From: Candidatus Shapirobacteria bacterium
GTDB lineage: Bacteria > Patescibacteriota > Microgenomatia > UBA12405
Length of the DNA: 64,000 bases
Reading direction: 5' to 3'
NCBI GenBank assembly: GCA_030698565.1
Contig: JAUYJS010000008.1
Location: 289,275-353,274 of the forward strand
The position numbers and the translations under genes were made by a program. The stretch's first letter is position 1; the number at the start of each line of letters is the position of its first letter. Of the stretch, positions 49,644 to 59,261 are shown one piece after another. The notes below the pieces were generated by a model. It was not told where the DNA came from. It saw only the letters and a program-made list of their open reading frames with translations, and searched no databases.

Positions 49644-50255
49644 ATGTTTCGCGCTTCCACCTTACTCAACAATGCCCGTCTAGAAAAAGAACTTGATTTT
49701 AGTGAAGTCGCCAAAAGACTCAAGATTAACGTTAAATATTTGGAAGCCTTGGAACAAGAGAACACTCATTGCTTTCCTCAAGAACCATACTGTTCACTAA
49801 TTATCAAGGATTATGCCGATTTTCTGGGATTAAATGGCCAGGAAATTTTGCGTATTTTTCGCCGGGATTTTGCTCAAAAACATAAGCAAAAATTATCTAA
49901 AAAAACATTTTTTTCCTTCACCCCTCAATTTACTTTTACAATTTCTATTATTATTACTATTGTTTTCTTTTCCCTTTACTTAGTTTCAGAATATGTAAAA
50001 TTTAATCGTCCGCCAAAACTAAAAGTTGACTGGCCACCCGAGTCAGTTTTGGTTGACAACAATATTGATATAAACGGAGTCACAGACCCAGAATCAACAG
50101 TTAGGGTTAATCAAGATTTGGTTATTGTTGACCAAAACGGAAATTTTGAAAAAGAAATTAGTCTAGTTTCAGCAGAGACAAAAGTAGTGATCGAGTCCAA
50201 GGGAACCAATGGTAAATCTACTTTTAGTGAAAAGACTTTTAAGATTAATAAATGA
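49644..50255 (+). CDS. RodZ-like HTH membrane protein with Ig-like C-terminus
   Basis: AR........VA..L.I..KYL.ALE.......P..PY......YA.FLGL, TM, G.T.P...V.VN; follows ftsK. Confidence 0.75.
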   Translation: MFRASTLLNNARLEKELDFSEVAKRLKINVKYLEALEQENTHCFPQEPYCSLIIKDYADFLGLNGQEILRIFRRDFAQKHKQKLSKKTFFSFTPQFTFTISIIITIVFFSLYLVSEYVKFNRPPKLKVDWPPESVLVDNNIDINGVTDPESTVRVNQDLVIVDQNGNFEKEISLVSAETKVVIESKGTNGKSTFSEKTFKINK

Positions 50256-50286
50256 AAAAATTTTTTAGATAGTCTATACTAATTTT

Positions 50287-50550
50287 ATGGACTTAACACA
50301 GATAATAATAATTATTAGCGTTGTTTGTATTACTGCCGTTATTGTGGGTTGCGGTATATGGCTAATATTAATCTTAAAAGAATTAAGGACCACACTTACA
50401 AAAACCAATGGCATTCTAGATGACACCAAATTAATTACCTCTTCAGTTGCCCAGCCGGTTTCATCTATCTCCGAGTTTGTGGTTGGATTTAAAAATGGCA
50501 TGAATTTTTTCAATAGTCTTTTAACTAAAAAAAATAAAAGTTCATCCTAA
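50287..50550 (+). CDS. Small membrane-anchored coiled-coil protein (DUF948-like)
   Basis: N-terminal TM followed by heptad-like segment; leaderless-type promoter. Confidence 0.6.
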   Translation: MDLTQIIIIISVVCITAVIVGCGIWLILILKELRTTLTKTNGILDDTKLITSSVAQPVSSISEFVVGFKNGMNFFNSLLTKKNKSSS

Positions 50551-50551
50551 A

Positions 50552-50860
50552 ATGGCTCACAAAGAATGCAATTGTTGTCACGAAGATAATTCATCAAGTG
50601 CCAGCTTCATGTTTGGCATTATCATCGGGGCTATTGCTGGAGCCATCATCGCCGTTCTAATTTATCGAAACAACAAAAACGAAGTTATAAAAACTTTAAA
50701 GAATAAAATCGAAAGCTTTTTTAAATCTTTTACGTCAGATACTCTAGTCACAACCTCTCCCAAAAAAAATAAAACTAAAATTAATATTGCGGATATTAGT
50801 ACCGAACCAGTTAAACCTCATAAATCAACACCAAAAGTTTTCATCCGCGCCCGTAAATAA
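50552..50860 (+). CDS. YtxH-like small membrane protein
   Basis: F.FG.IIGA.AGA..A.L motif, directly after the DUF948-like gene. Confidence 0.55.
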   Translation: MAHKECNCCHEDNSSSASFMFGIIIGAIAGAIIAVLIYRNNKNEVIKTLKNKIESFFKSFTSDTLVTTSPKKNKTKINIADISTEPVKPHKSTPKVFIRARK

Positions 50861-50884
50861 GTTTTTGTTTGTTATAATTTCCCT

Positions 50885-52699
50885 ATGAACGCAGCGGAAT
50901 TAAAGCAAAAATTTGTCAATTTTTTTGTCTCACACGGACATGTGGAAATTCCCTCGGCTCCGATAGTTCCCGAAAACGATCCGACCACCCTTTTTATTTC
51001 TGCTGGCATGCACCCTTTAGTTTCATATCTTCTAGGTCAGCCCCATCCATTAGGCAAGAGATTGGTAAATGTTCAAAAATGCATTCGAACTGGTGATATT
51101 GATGATATTGGCGACAATCGTCATCATACATTTTTCGAAATGCTCGGCAATTGGTCTTTAGGCGATTATTTCAAAGACGACATGATTCCTTGGAGTTTTG
51201 AATTTTTAACTAAAATTTTAAATATTAATCCAAACGATTTACACATTACCTGCTTTGTCGGCGACGAAAATTCTCCCAAAGACGAAGAGAGTGCTGGTCT
51301 TTGGAAAATCACAGGCATCCCCTCAAACCATATTCATTTTATGCCCAAAGAAGATAATTGGTGGGGCCCCGCCGGGGTTACTGGTCCGTGTGGCCCGGAT
51401 ACGGAAATGTTTTTGGATACCAAGCCAGAATTACCCGAAGTCGAATTTGAAGAAGGCTGTAAGGCAGAACGCTATGTTGAAATCTGGAATGATGTCTTTA
51501 TGCAGTTCAATAAAGATTCAAACGGTAAATACGAACCACTTAAACAAACAAATGTGGATACAGGCATGGGTGTGGAAAGAACCACCGCAATTTTATCCGG
51601 ATTTTCGGATAATTATATGTCTTCAATTTGGCAACCAATCATCAAAAAAATTGAAGAAATATCAAATAAAAATTACGTAGGGGTGAATCACGATTCGCCC
51701 TCATTACAAGAAGAATCCGAAACAAAATCCATTCGCATCATCGCCGATCACATCCGTGCCTCGGTTTTTATGATTGCCGCTGGCGTCGAACCGAGCAACA
51801 AAGAAAGGGGGTATGTATTGCGTCGCCTTATCAGACGAAGCATTCGCGAGGGCAAGAAATTAGGAATCGAATCAAACTTTACGGTTATAATTGCCAATGC
51901 AGTTTTAGACAACCAGAACAATTTTGCTGGTAATTATCCCGAATTAAATCTAAACAAAGACAAACTATTAATCTCTCTAGAAACCGAAGAAAATAAATTT
52001 AGAAAAACCCTGGACAATGGTCTCAAAGAAATTCAAAAATTAATTGATAAAAATAAAAACGTCAGTGGTAAAGAAGCCTTTACACTTTATGAAAGTTTTG
52101 GCTTTCCTGTCGAGATGGTAGTAGAGGAATTAAAAAAATATAATCTTGCTTTAGATATCGAAGAATTTAATGCAGCCAAAGAAGAACACCAACAACAATC
52201 TCGCACTCTCTCTGCGGGCAAATTTAAATCAGGTCTCGCCGATCACTCAGAAATTGCGACCAAATATCATACTGCCACTCATCTTTTACACGCCGCTTTA
52301 CGTCAGGTTCTGGGAGAACATGTGCAACAATCTGGTTCTAATATCACCGAAGAGCGAATGCGTTTTGATTTTAGCCACGGTGATAAACTAACCGAATCGC
52401 AAATTAAAGAAATTGAAGATTTAGTAAACGCAAAAATTAATGAAAAATTACCCGTAATTTGTCAAACCATGAAATTTACCGAAGCACAAAAGGAAGGAGC
52501 TTTGGCATTTTTCGGAACCAAATACCCAAAGACTGTTACCGTTTATACAATAGGTGATATTGGTAATTATTTTTCTAAAGAAGTTTGCACTGGACCACAT
52601 ATATCCAATACTTCTGAATTGGGACACTTTAAAATTATTAAAGAAGAATCGGCCGCCTCAGGCAAAAGAAGAATTTACGCTATTTTTATAGTATTCTAG
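50885..52699 (+). CDS. alaS: Alanine--tRNA ligase, short form (catalytic plus editing domains, no C-Ala)
   Basis: DPTTLF..AGM, QKCIRT, HHTFFEMLGNWS.GDYFK, DTGMG.ER, IADH.R, HTATHLL, C.GPH. Confidence 0.96.
   Translation: MNAAELKQKFVNFFVSHGHVEIPSAPIVPENDPTTLFISAGMHPLVSYLLGQPHPLGKRLVNVQKCIRTGDIDDIGDNRHHTFFEMLGNWSLGDYFKDDMIPWSFEFLTKILNINPNDLHITCFVGDENSPKDEESAGLWKITGIPSNHIHFMPKEDNWWGPAGVTGPCGPDTEMFLDTKPELPEVEFEEGCKAERYVEIWNDVFMQFNKDSNGKYEPLKQTNVDTGMGVERTTAILSGFSDNYMSSIWQPIIKKIEEISNKNYVGVNHDSPSLQEESETKSIRIIADHIRASVFMIAAGVEPSNKERGYVLRRLIRRSIREGKKLGIESNFTVIIANAVLDNQNNFAGNYPELNLNKDKLLISLETEENKFRKTLDNGLKEIQKLIDKNKNVSGKEAFTLYESFGFPVEMVVEELKKYNLALDIEEFNAAKEEHQQQSRTLSAGKFKSGLADHSEIATKYHTATHLLHAALRQVLGEHVQQSGSNITEERMRFDFSHGDKLTESQIKEIEDLVNAKINEKLPVICQTMKFTEAQKEGALAFFGTKYPKTVTVYTIGDIGNYFSKEVCTGPHISNTSELGHFKIIKEESAASGKRRIYAIFIVF
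51677..51702 (+). repeat. Degenerate REP GTAGGGGTGAATCACGATTCGCCCTC inside alaS
   Basis: GTAG foot plus GGGTGAATC/GATTCGCCC arms; related to the REP at 33827; encodes VGVNHDSPS. Confidence 0.8.
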
Positions 52700-52703
52700 A
52701 GTA

Positions 52704-54842
52704 ATGAGCCAGACTAGTTTTTGGTTAGTTTCAATTGAAGATACACATGTTTCTGTAACCTTGGTATCCCATTTTAATAAAAGTTTTTCTGTCATGGCCA
52801 CCGGTCCTCAAATTTCTTGGTCGGCAGAAACAGAAGACTCTTTAAATATGGCTATCGACGAATCATTGTCATCTGCGGCCTCTCAAGCCCAAATTTCAGA
52901 GGATCAGGAACCAACAAAAGCCGCCTTCATTTTACCTCCGTTTTGGGTCGGGTCCGACAATAAAATTGTTGCAGGCAAATTAAAATTAATCGAAAATTTA
53001 TGCAGAAGTCTAAAATTAAAACCCACTGGTTTTATTGCCAATGACGAGGCTATTGCCGAGGAGACTAATTTAAAAGACGGTTTTCCTGCTAGTTTCATTC
53101 TTCTTAATTTAGGTAAATCTGAATTCACTCTATCTTTGGTGTACCTTGGTAAAGTTAAAGAACGAATCCGCAAAGCCTTTACGGATAACTTTAACCCCAC
53201 CCAAGTCGAATCTACTCTTTTAGAAATTAATTCTGAATCAACGCTTCCTCCGCAAATTATTGTCTTTGGACAAACTGACGACAGTATTATTTCTTCATTA
53301 AAAAATTATTCTTGGATAGGTAAAAAAAATGTTGAAACATTTCTTCATTTTCCCGATATAAAACAATATCTGACCGAAGAACTCATAAATATTTATACTC
53401 GAATTATTTCAGTTCAAATTCCCCAAGAAGAACCACAGCCAACAGAAATAGAACCAGTCGTCGAAGTTGAAAATGAAGAAAGTTCTCTTGATGAAGTTTC
53501 TTCCGAAGATTTAGGCTTTAGTGAAGATATGCCACTTCCAACTTTTATTCAAACACCAGCCGAATTTGAACCAGAGCCAGAAGTTGAAAATATAATACCA
53601 GTCATTATTCCAAAAAATGACTTTATAAAAAAAATAAATCTCAAAAACAAATTTAGGCTACCGCGGTTTAAAATTCATTTTGCTTTTAAATCAAAATTTA
53701 AACCACCCGTCATCTCACTAATTGCAATTTCACCTCTTTTGATTTTAATCCCATTTTATTTTTCTTCCGCTAAAATTACACTTTTTGTCACCCCATACGT
53801 AATTTCCAAAAAAATTCCTATTATTCTCGATTCCACAGTTGAATCTTTTAATAGTAATAAGGGTATTGTTCCAGTCAAAAAACAAACTTTTTCGATCAAT
53901 ACCACAGCCTCAGTCGAAACTACAGGCAAAAAAACAGTCGGGGACAAGGCCAAAGGCGAAATTGTAGTTTTTAATAAACAAGACAAAAGCCAAACTATTC
54001 CCAAGGGAACCGTTTTGGTCGATTCTTCTGGAAAAAAATTTCAATTAATTAATTCGGCGGTAATTGCCTCCAGTAGCTCGGATTTTGAAAAAGGAGTTAT
54101 AAATCTGGGTCAAACAAAAACAGTTGTCGAAGCTATGGATATTGGTCCCGAATACAATTTAAACAAAGACACTAAATTAATATTTAAGGATATTTCGGAA
54201 AATTTACTCGTCGGAAAAATAGCTGATTCGTTTTCCGGTGGCAGTAAACGCCAAATAAATGCTGTCAGTGCCAGCGACAAAACAACCCTGGAACAAAAAA
54301 TTAATCAGGCGACCAAAGACGCTGTCAGTGAAAAAATAAGTAAAGACGTTTCGGGTCTTATTGGTGCTATCAGTGAAAGCGTCCAAAGCAAACAGTCACA
54401 CATTGAATACAGCCGAGAGATTGATGAGGAGGCCGACGAATTAAGTGCCACATCAGAAGCTTCTGTCATAGTTTTTGTATTAGACCCAGAAGAAAAAAGC
54501 CAAATTATAGACAATTTTTTATCTTCCGAAGAGACTTATCGCCAATCCCAACACAGTTCCAATGGTATCGATATGAAATTTAAGTTGGATAAAATTGATG
54601 AAGACAAAGCTATTGGTACTTTGGATTTAGAAGGACAATTAATACCAAATATTGATATCTCTCAAATTAGAAAAAGAATAACTGGTAAAACTCAGTCAAG
54701 TGCAATTAGTTATCTCAAAAAAGGAATTGACCGTGTCTATAACTACCATATCGATTTTAATTTCAAATTGTTTGGCAGTTTAACCCCCATGCCTTTCCGA
54801 TCCCAAAACATAGTTATCGATATTAAAACCGAAAGTTTGTGA
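52704..54842 (+). CDS. Large bitopic membrane protein with baseplate J-like extracellular region
   Basis: Cytoplasmic N domain, acidic linker, one TM, then TGKK.VG.KA.G.I...N, IP.GT, A...GPEYN, FSGG motifs typical of the CPR 'baseplate J-like' family. Confidence 0.6.
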   Translation: MSQTSFWLVSIEDTHVSVTLVSHFNKSFSVMATGPQISWSAETEDSLNMAIDESLSSAASQAQISEDQEPTKAAFILPPFWVGSDNKIVAGKLKLIENLCRSLKLKPTGFIANDEAIAEETNLKDGFPASFILLNLGKSEFTLSLVYLGKVKERIRKAFTDNFNPTQVESTLLEINSESTLPPQIIVFGQTDDSIISSLKNYSWIGKKNVETFLHFPDIKQYLTEELINIYTRIISVQIPQEEPQPTEIEPVVEVENEESSLDEVSSEDLGFSEDMPLPTFIQTPAEFEPEPEVENIIPVIIPKNDFIKKINLKNKFRLPRFKIHFAFKSKFKPPVISLIAISPLLILIPFYFSSAKITLFVTPYVISKKIPIILDSTVESFNSNKGIVPVKKQTFSINTTASVETTGKKTVGDKAKGEIVVFNKQDKSQTIPKGTVLVDSSGKKFQLINSAVIASSSSDFEKGVINLGQTKTVVEAMDIGPEYNLNKDTKLIFKDISENLLVGKIADSFSGGSKRQINAVSASDKTTLEQKINQATKDAVSEKISKDVSGLIGAISESVQSKQSHIEYSREIDEEADELSATSEASVIVFVLDPEEKSQIIDNFLSSEETYRQSQHSSNGIDMKFKLDKIDEDKAIGTLDLEGQLIPNIDISQIRKRITGKTQSSAISYLKKGIDRVYNYHIDFNFKLFGSLTPMPFRSQNIVIDIKTESL

Positions 54843-55570
54843 TTTACTCCTACGTCAAAAAAACAGCCAATATTCCCAAAATTTCTCGGCCCAAAAAGAA
54901 GTATTTAGCTATAATCTTTTTTTCTTTTGGATTAATTTCTGTGATGTCTGCCGTCTTACCCATAATTCGGTATCAGCTGGAATATTCTATTAAATTTGGA
55001 CAAATGATAAGTCCACTATCCCCGAAGTTTTATAATCGTTCGCCGAGTGTGCTAGGGGACTTATCGACCGATTATACTCAACTCTCCAATTGGTTCGTCG
55101 AGGATTCTCAAAAACCCAACGGTGTCACTAAAATACTAAGCCCGGAAGGATTAATCTACTACACAATTTCCATTCCAAAATTAAAAATTAAAGACGCAAC
55201 AGTTGAAATTGGTAGTATGGATCTTAAAAAAAGCTTGATCCAGTATCCGCAAACCGCCCTACCTGGACAGTTAGGAAATTCTGTTATTTTCGGTCATTCT
55301 GTTTTGCCTCAATTTTTTAATCCCAAGTCATATTTGACAATTTTTTCTACTCTCTATCGTCTCAAACAAGGAGATGAAATTCTTGTTGATTTTGACAGTG
55401 TTAAATATAAATATCTTGTAGAAGAAATGTATGAAATTCAGCCAACCGATCTGTCAGTACTCGAACAAAGATTTGACGATCGATATATCACCATGATTAC
55501 TTGTACTCCACCAGGAACTTATCTTCGAAGGTTAGTAGTTAAAGCCCGGCTTCAAAGTGGTAAGAACTGA
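54839..55570 (+). CDS. Sortase
   Basis: N-terminal TM, ISIPKL.I, PG..GN..IFGHS, catalytic ITC.PPG....RLVV. Confidence 0.9.
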   Translation: MIYSYVKKTANIPKISRPKKKYLAIIFFSFGLISVMSAVLPIIRYQLEYSIKFGQMISPLSPKFYNRSPSVLGDLSTDYTQLSNWFVEDSQKPNGVTKILSPEGLIYYTISIPKLKIKDATVEIGSMDLKKSLIQYPQTALPGQLGNSVIFGHSVLPQFFNPKSYLTIFSTLYRLKQGDEILVDFDSVKYKYLVEEMYEIQPTDLSVLEQRFDDRYITMITCTPPGTYLRRLVVKARLQSGKN

Positions 55571-55607
55571 TATAAAAGTTATAATTTAGCTATTATTAAT
55601 ATAATTT

Positions 55608-55982
55608 ATGAATATTTTAGCAATAGATTATGGAACAAAAAGAATTGGTCTAGCCGTTTCAATTATGGGCATAATATCGCCGATAGAATCGGTAAAAAAT
55701 AATAGTGATTTTATTACGATTTTAAAAAAAATTATTGAGGAAAATAGGATAGAAAAAATATATGTAGGAATTTCTGATGGTCCCATAGTTTCCAAGATAA
55801 AAGAGTTTGTTAAAGACCTTTCCTCTGTGCTACAATTACCAGTAGAAACGGTTGATGAGGCGGTATCTACCATTGAAGCCAACGAAATATTTGTACAAAA
55901 TAAGAAGAAAGATAAAAAGTTCAAGGCATCAATCGACTCAATCGCTGCCGCAGTTATTTTGCGAAGAGTGATAGAAAGTTAA
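55608..55982 (+). CDS. ruvX: YqgF/RuvX family nuclease
   Basis: LAIDYGTKRIGLA, VDE..ST.EA, IDS.AAAVIL. Confidence 0.92.
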   Translation: MNILAIDYGTKRIGLAVSIMGIISPIESVKNNSDFITILKKIIEENRIEKIYVGISDGPIVSKIKEFVKDLSSVLQLPVETVDEAVSTIEANEIFVQNKKKDKKFKASIDSIAAAVILRRVIES

Positions 55983-55997
55983 TTGTTAAAATAAAAT

Positions 55998-56195
55998 ATG
56001 TTTAAAAATCTAATTGCCCCAATCCAAGCCTGGTTATTGTCCCAAGGACGCTGTGTTGGTTGTAATGCCAAACTTTCTCTTGGCTTTAAAAAAGAAGTTA
56101 GGGGGAATACTACCGTGACATGTCGTTGCGGTCGAATTTTTATCTACGATCCAGAAAAAAAAATATACCGCCGAGCATTATTTGATGAAGTTTAA
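55998..56195 (+). CDS. Small zinc-ribbon protein
   Basis: CxxC...CxCGR; own TGtTAAAAT promoter; coupled to mltG. Confidence 0.7.
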   Translation: MFKNLIAPIQAWLLSQGRCVGCNAKLSLGFKKEVRGNTTVTCRCGRIFIYDPEKKIYRRALFDEV

Positions 56196-57166
56196 TGAAA
56201 AAAGTTTTAGTCATTATTACTATTCTGGATTTAATCGCTGGAAGCGCTGGACTTTACTTAGTTTTAAGCAACAAACCCGTCTCACCTGTTTTTAAAAATC
56301 AAGTCTTTGTTATTAATCAGGGTGAAAGTGTCAATTTAATTGGCCAAAGATTAAAAACTAACCATCTAATTAAAAGCTCCCACACCTTCCTTTTTTATTC
56401 TTATGTTTTAGGATTAAACACCAAACTCCAAGCCGGCACCTTTAAACTTTCTCCATCCTTAACCACCCGGGAAACTTTGATCAAATTATCAAAAGGCGGT
56501 AGTCATGATTACTGGCTTAAAATAAAAGATGGTTCTCGGATCGAAGAGATATCTGCACTTTTTGAAGACAACGCCAGTATTACTCCAAAAGATTTTATAG
56601 ATAAAGCCAAAACCAAAGAAGGGTACCTTTTTCCTGACAGTTACCTCGTCCCTCAATACTTTACTGTCGATCAAATTTTAGATATTGTCAATAAAAATTT
56701 TTTTCAAAAGTTTGTAGAAGCCCAAAACAATAAAACTAATTTGCAACTTTCCGATAAAGAAATTATAATTTTAGCCTCTCTCTTAGAAAGAGAAGGCAAG
56801 AGTTTAGAATCAAAACAAATAATTGCTGGTATTTTATTAAACAGGCTGGATCTTGGTATGCCATTACAGTTGGACGCCACAGTTCAATTTGCTCGCGATT
56901 CTAAATTACCTCACCCTAAAACTTATTGGCTTCCTTTAGAAAAAAGTTTAATTAGTAATATTGACTCACCGTTTAATACTTACAAATATCCAAATTTACC
57001 ACCATCTCCAATTTGCAATCCTGGATATAACTCCCTCTTTGCTGCTTTTCATCCAACTACGTCCGACTACCTTTTTTACATAACCGGCACCGATGGTCAG
57101 ATGTACTATGCCAAGACCCTCCCCGAGCACAATCAAAATATCCAAAAATACTTGAGAGCTATTTGA
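56195..57166 (+). CDS. mltG: Endolytic transglycosylase MltG
   Basis: EGYLFPDSY, LAS..ERE, LQ.DATVQF, SPFNTY...LPP.PICNPG, YLFY. Confidence 0.93.
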   Translation: MKKVLVIITILDLIAGSAGLYLVLSNKPVSPVFKNQVFVINQGESVNLIGQRLKTNHLIKSSHTFLFYSYVLGLNTKLQAGTFKLSPSLTTRETLIKLSKGGSHDYWLKIKDGSRIEEISALFEDNASITPKDFIDKAKTKEGYLFPDSYLVPQYFTVDQILDIVNKNFFQKFVEAQNNKTNLQLSDKEIIILASLLEREGKSLESKQIIAGILLNRLDLGMPLQLDATVQFARDSKLPHPKTYWLPLEKSLISNIDSPFNTYKYPNLPPSPICNPGYNSLFAAFHPTTSDYLFYITGTDGQMYYAKTLPEHNQNIQKYLRAI

Positions 57167-57191
57167 CAATCCCTGCAAAATTTTCCACAAT
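57163..57191 (+). promoter_or_regulatory. glmS promoter TTGACA-N17-CACAAT
   Basis: TTGACA 57163-68, CACAAT 57186-91, upstream of the ribozyme. Confidence 0.65.
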
Positions 57192-57225
57192 AGAGTGTTC
57201 TTTAATGTGCAAATAGTTTTATTAA

Positions 57226-57402
57226 CAAGAGCGTGTGGTCCTGCTTTGCAGGAATACGAGGAGGGAGTCCCTTGCTTTGCAAGGGAAATCGGACCTTCAC
57301 AATATATGTGAAGAGTTATCTGCGGAAACTCCCAGGTGGCAACTGCCACCTAAATGTCTTTTTTAAAACTTTGGAGTAATCCAAAACCTAAAGAGAAGAC
57401 AA
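57226..57402 (+). ncRNA. glmS ribozyme (GlcN6P-responsive self-cleaving riboswitch), divergent variant
   Basis: Upstream of glmS; A|GCG cleavage motif at 57230/57231, P1 TCCTGC/GCAGGA, ACGAGG, P2 GGGAGT/ACTCCC, ATCG, GCGGA, P3 AGGTGGC/GCCACCT, P4 with TTTGGA-GTAA-TCCAAA GNRA hairpin. Confidence 0.85.
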
Positions 57403-57485
57403 TCAGTTACTATTTTCACCCAAGAACATCAGTCTTTAGCTTTACTGTGTATTTAATTATTGTAAAACTAACGGACCAATGTCAT

Positions 57486-59258
57486 ATGTGTGGAATTTTT
57501 GCTTATAAAGGCTCCAGCTTAAACGCAGCCGATGTTATTTCTTCTGGTTTAAAACGATTGGAATATCGAGGATATGATTCGTGGGGTGTAGCTGTAATTA
57601 ATAACGGTTCTATTTTATTGAAGAAAGATATCGGAAAAATAGGGGATATAAATAAATTAGATCTACCAGTCAGTAAATTAGGTATCGGTCATACCCGCTG
57701 GGCTACCACCGGCGCCGTTACCCAAATTAATGCTCACCCGCACCTTTCTTCCGACCACTCTTTTGCCTTGGTCCAAAACGGTATTGTAGAAAACTTTGAA
57801 GAATTAAAAGAAGATTTAAAAAATAAAGGTTATAAATTTATTAGTCAAACCGACACCGAGGTAATCGTTCGCCTAATCGAAGAAGAAAAAAAAATCCACC
57901 CCGATTTAGTTGATGCAATTAAATCCGCATTTCTTAAATTAAAAGGCAGAAATACAATTGCTGTTTTAGACTCTAAAACAGAACAAATATTGGCTGTTCG
58001 CAATGGTTCTCCGTTAATTATTGGATTAAGTAAAAACAAAGACATATTTTTATCGTCCGATGCTCTATCCCTATCTTCTTTTGTTGATAAGATTATAGTT
58101 TTAGACAACGGCGAATTAGTAAAGATCGGATCTAAAATAGAAATTAAAAATATAAAAACTGGCAAAATAGTCCATAAAGACTGGGAAAAATTAACCTTTA
58201 AGGATGCAAATATAGACAAAGGTAAATATGATAATTATATGATTAAAGAAATTTGCGACACACCAGAAACAATCAACCAAGTAATTGTACAGGATGAAAA
58301 AAATATTCAAAATTTAGCCAAAGCCATTAAAGCTGCTCGTTATGTTTTTACAATTGGTTCCGGCACTGCTGGCAATGCCGCTGGCCAAATCGCTTTTTAT
58401 CTTCGCGAAATTGCCAAAATTCCGGCCATAAGTTTAATTGGTGCTGACGCCAAGGAATATTATGATTTATTTTCAGAAAAAGATCTTCTTATCGCTCCAT
58501 CTCAAAGCGGAGAAACAGCCGATGTTGTCGAGGTATTGGATATAGCCAAAGCCAAAGGATGTAAAATTGCCACTTATGTAAATATGCCTGGGAGTATGAT
58601 GAACCGTATGTCTGATTTTAAATTTTTAGCCAACGCCGGTCCGGAAATCTGTGTCATGTCGACCAAAATTTTTGTCTCGCAAGTCGCCTGGGGTTATTTA
58701 CTGGCCAAGACAACAGTTGGTCTGTACGAAGATGGAATTAATAATCTTTCGAAATTAGCGGCAGACATTAAAACTTATTTAGAAGAAGACACTTCTCACC
58801 AAGCCGCAAAAAAACTGGCTCAAAATTTAATAGAAATTAAAGACCTTTTTATATTAGGTAAATCCCAAAATTTTTATATTGCCAAAGAGGGCATGGTCAA
58901 AATAATTGAGGGCACATATAAACACGCCCACGCTATTCCCGCTGGCGATTTAAAACATTATGCTATTACATTAATAGAAAGAGGAGTGTATGCTTTAGCA
59001 CTTGTTTCCAACGACAGTTCCTTCTCTGAGATGTTTAATGTTGTCAATGAAATTAAATCTCGTGGTGGCAGTATTATTGGAATTTATCCAGAAAAATTAC
59101 CTGCTTTCGATTATTATTTAAAATCCCCATCTATTGGCGAAACCAGCGCCATCGGCAATATAATTCCTCTTCAACTTTTAGCCTATTATTTGGCTGTATT
59201 GTTGGGGAACAACGTCGACAAACCCAGAAACATCGCCAAATCAGTAACAGTGAAATAA
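57486..59258 (+). CDS. glmS: Glutamine--fructose-6-phosphate transaminase
   Basis: MCGI start, RLEYRGYDS.G, GHTRWAT, SQSGETAD, VDKPRNIAKSVTV. Confidence 0.97.
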   Translation: MCGIFAYKGSSLNAADVISSGLKRLEYRGYDSWGVAVINNGSILLKKDIGKIGDINKLDLPVSKLGIGHTRWATTGAVTQINAHPHLSSDHSFALVQNGIVENFEELKEDLKNKGYKFISQTDTEVIVRLIEEEKKIHPDLVDAIKSAFLKLKGRNTIAVLDSKTEQILAVRNGSPLIIGLSKNKDIFLSSDALSLSSFVDKIIVLDNGELVKIGSKIEIKNIKTGKIVHKDWEKLTFKDANIDKGKYDNYMIKEICDTPETINQVIVQDEKNIQNLAKAIKAARYVFTIGSGTAGNAAGQIAFYLREIAKIPAISLIGADAKEYYDLFSEKDLLIAPSQSGETADVVEVLDIAKAKGCKIATYVNMPGSMMNRMSDFKFLANAGPEICVMSTKIFVSQVAWGYLLAKTTVGLYEDGINNLSKLAADIKTYLEEDTSHQAAKKLAQNLIEIKDLFILGKSQNFYIAKEGMVKIIEGTYKHAHAIPAGDLKHYAITLIERGVYALALVSNDSSFSEMFNVVNEIKSRGGSIIGIYPEKLPAFDYYLKSPSIGETSAIGNIIPLQLLAYYLAVLLGNNVDKPRNIAKSVTVK

Positions 59259-59261
59259 TAT

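Noticed and set aside
52704-54842. Prophage or contractile-tail locus suggested by the baseplate J-like and Bro-N genes
   Set aside because: No capsid, terminase, sheath or integrase genes; both sit among housekeeping genes.
57354-57485. 44-aa N-terminal extension of GlmS in the ORF track
   Set aside because: GlmS needs Cys at the mature N-terminus (MCGI at 57486), and the extension overlaps the ribozyme P4.
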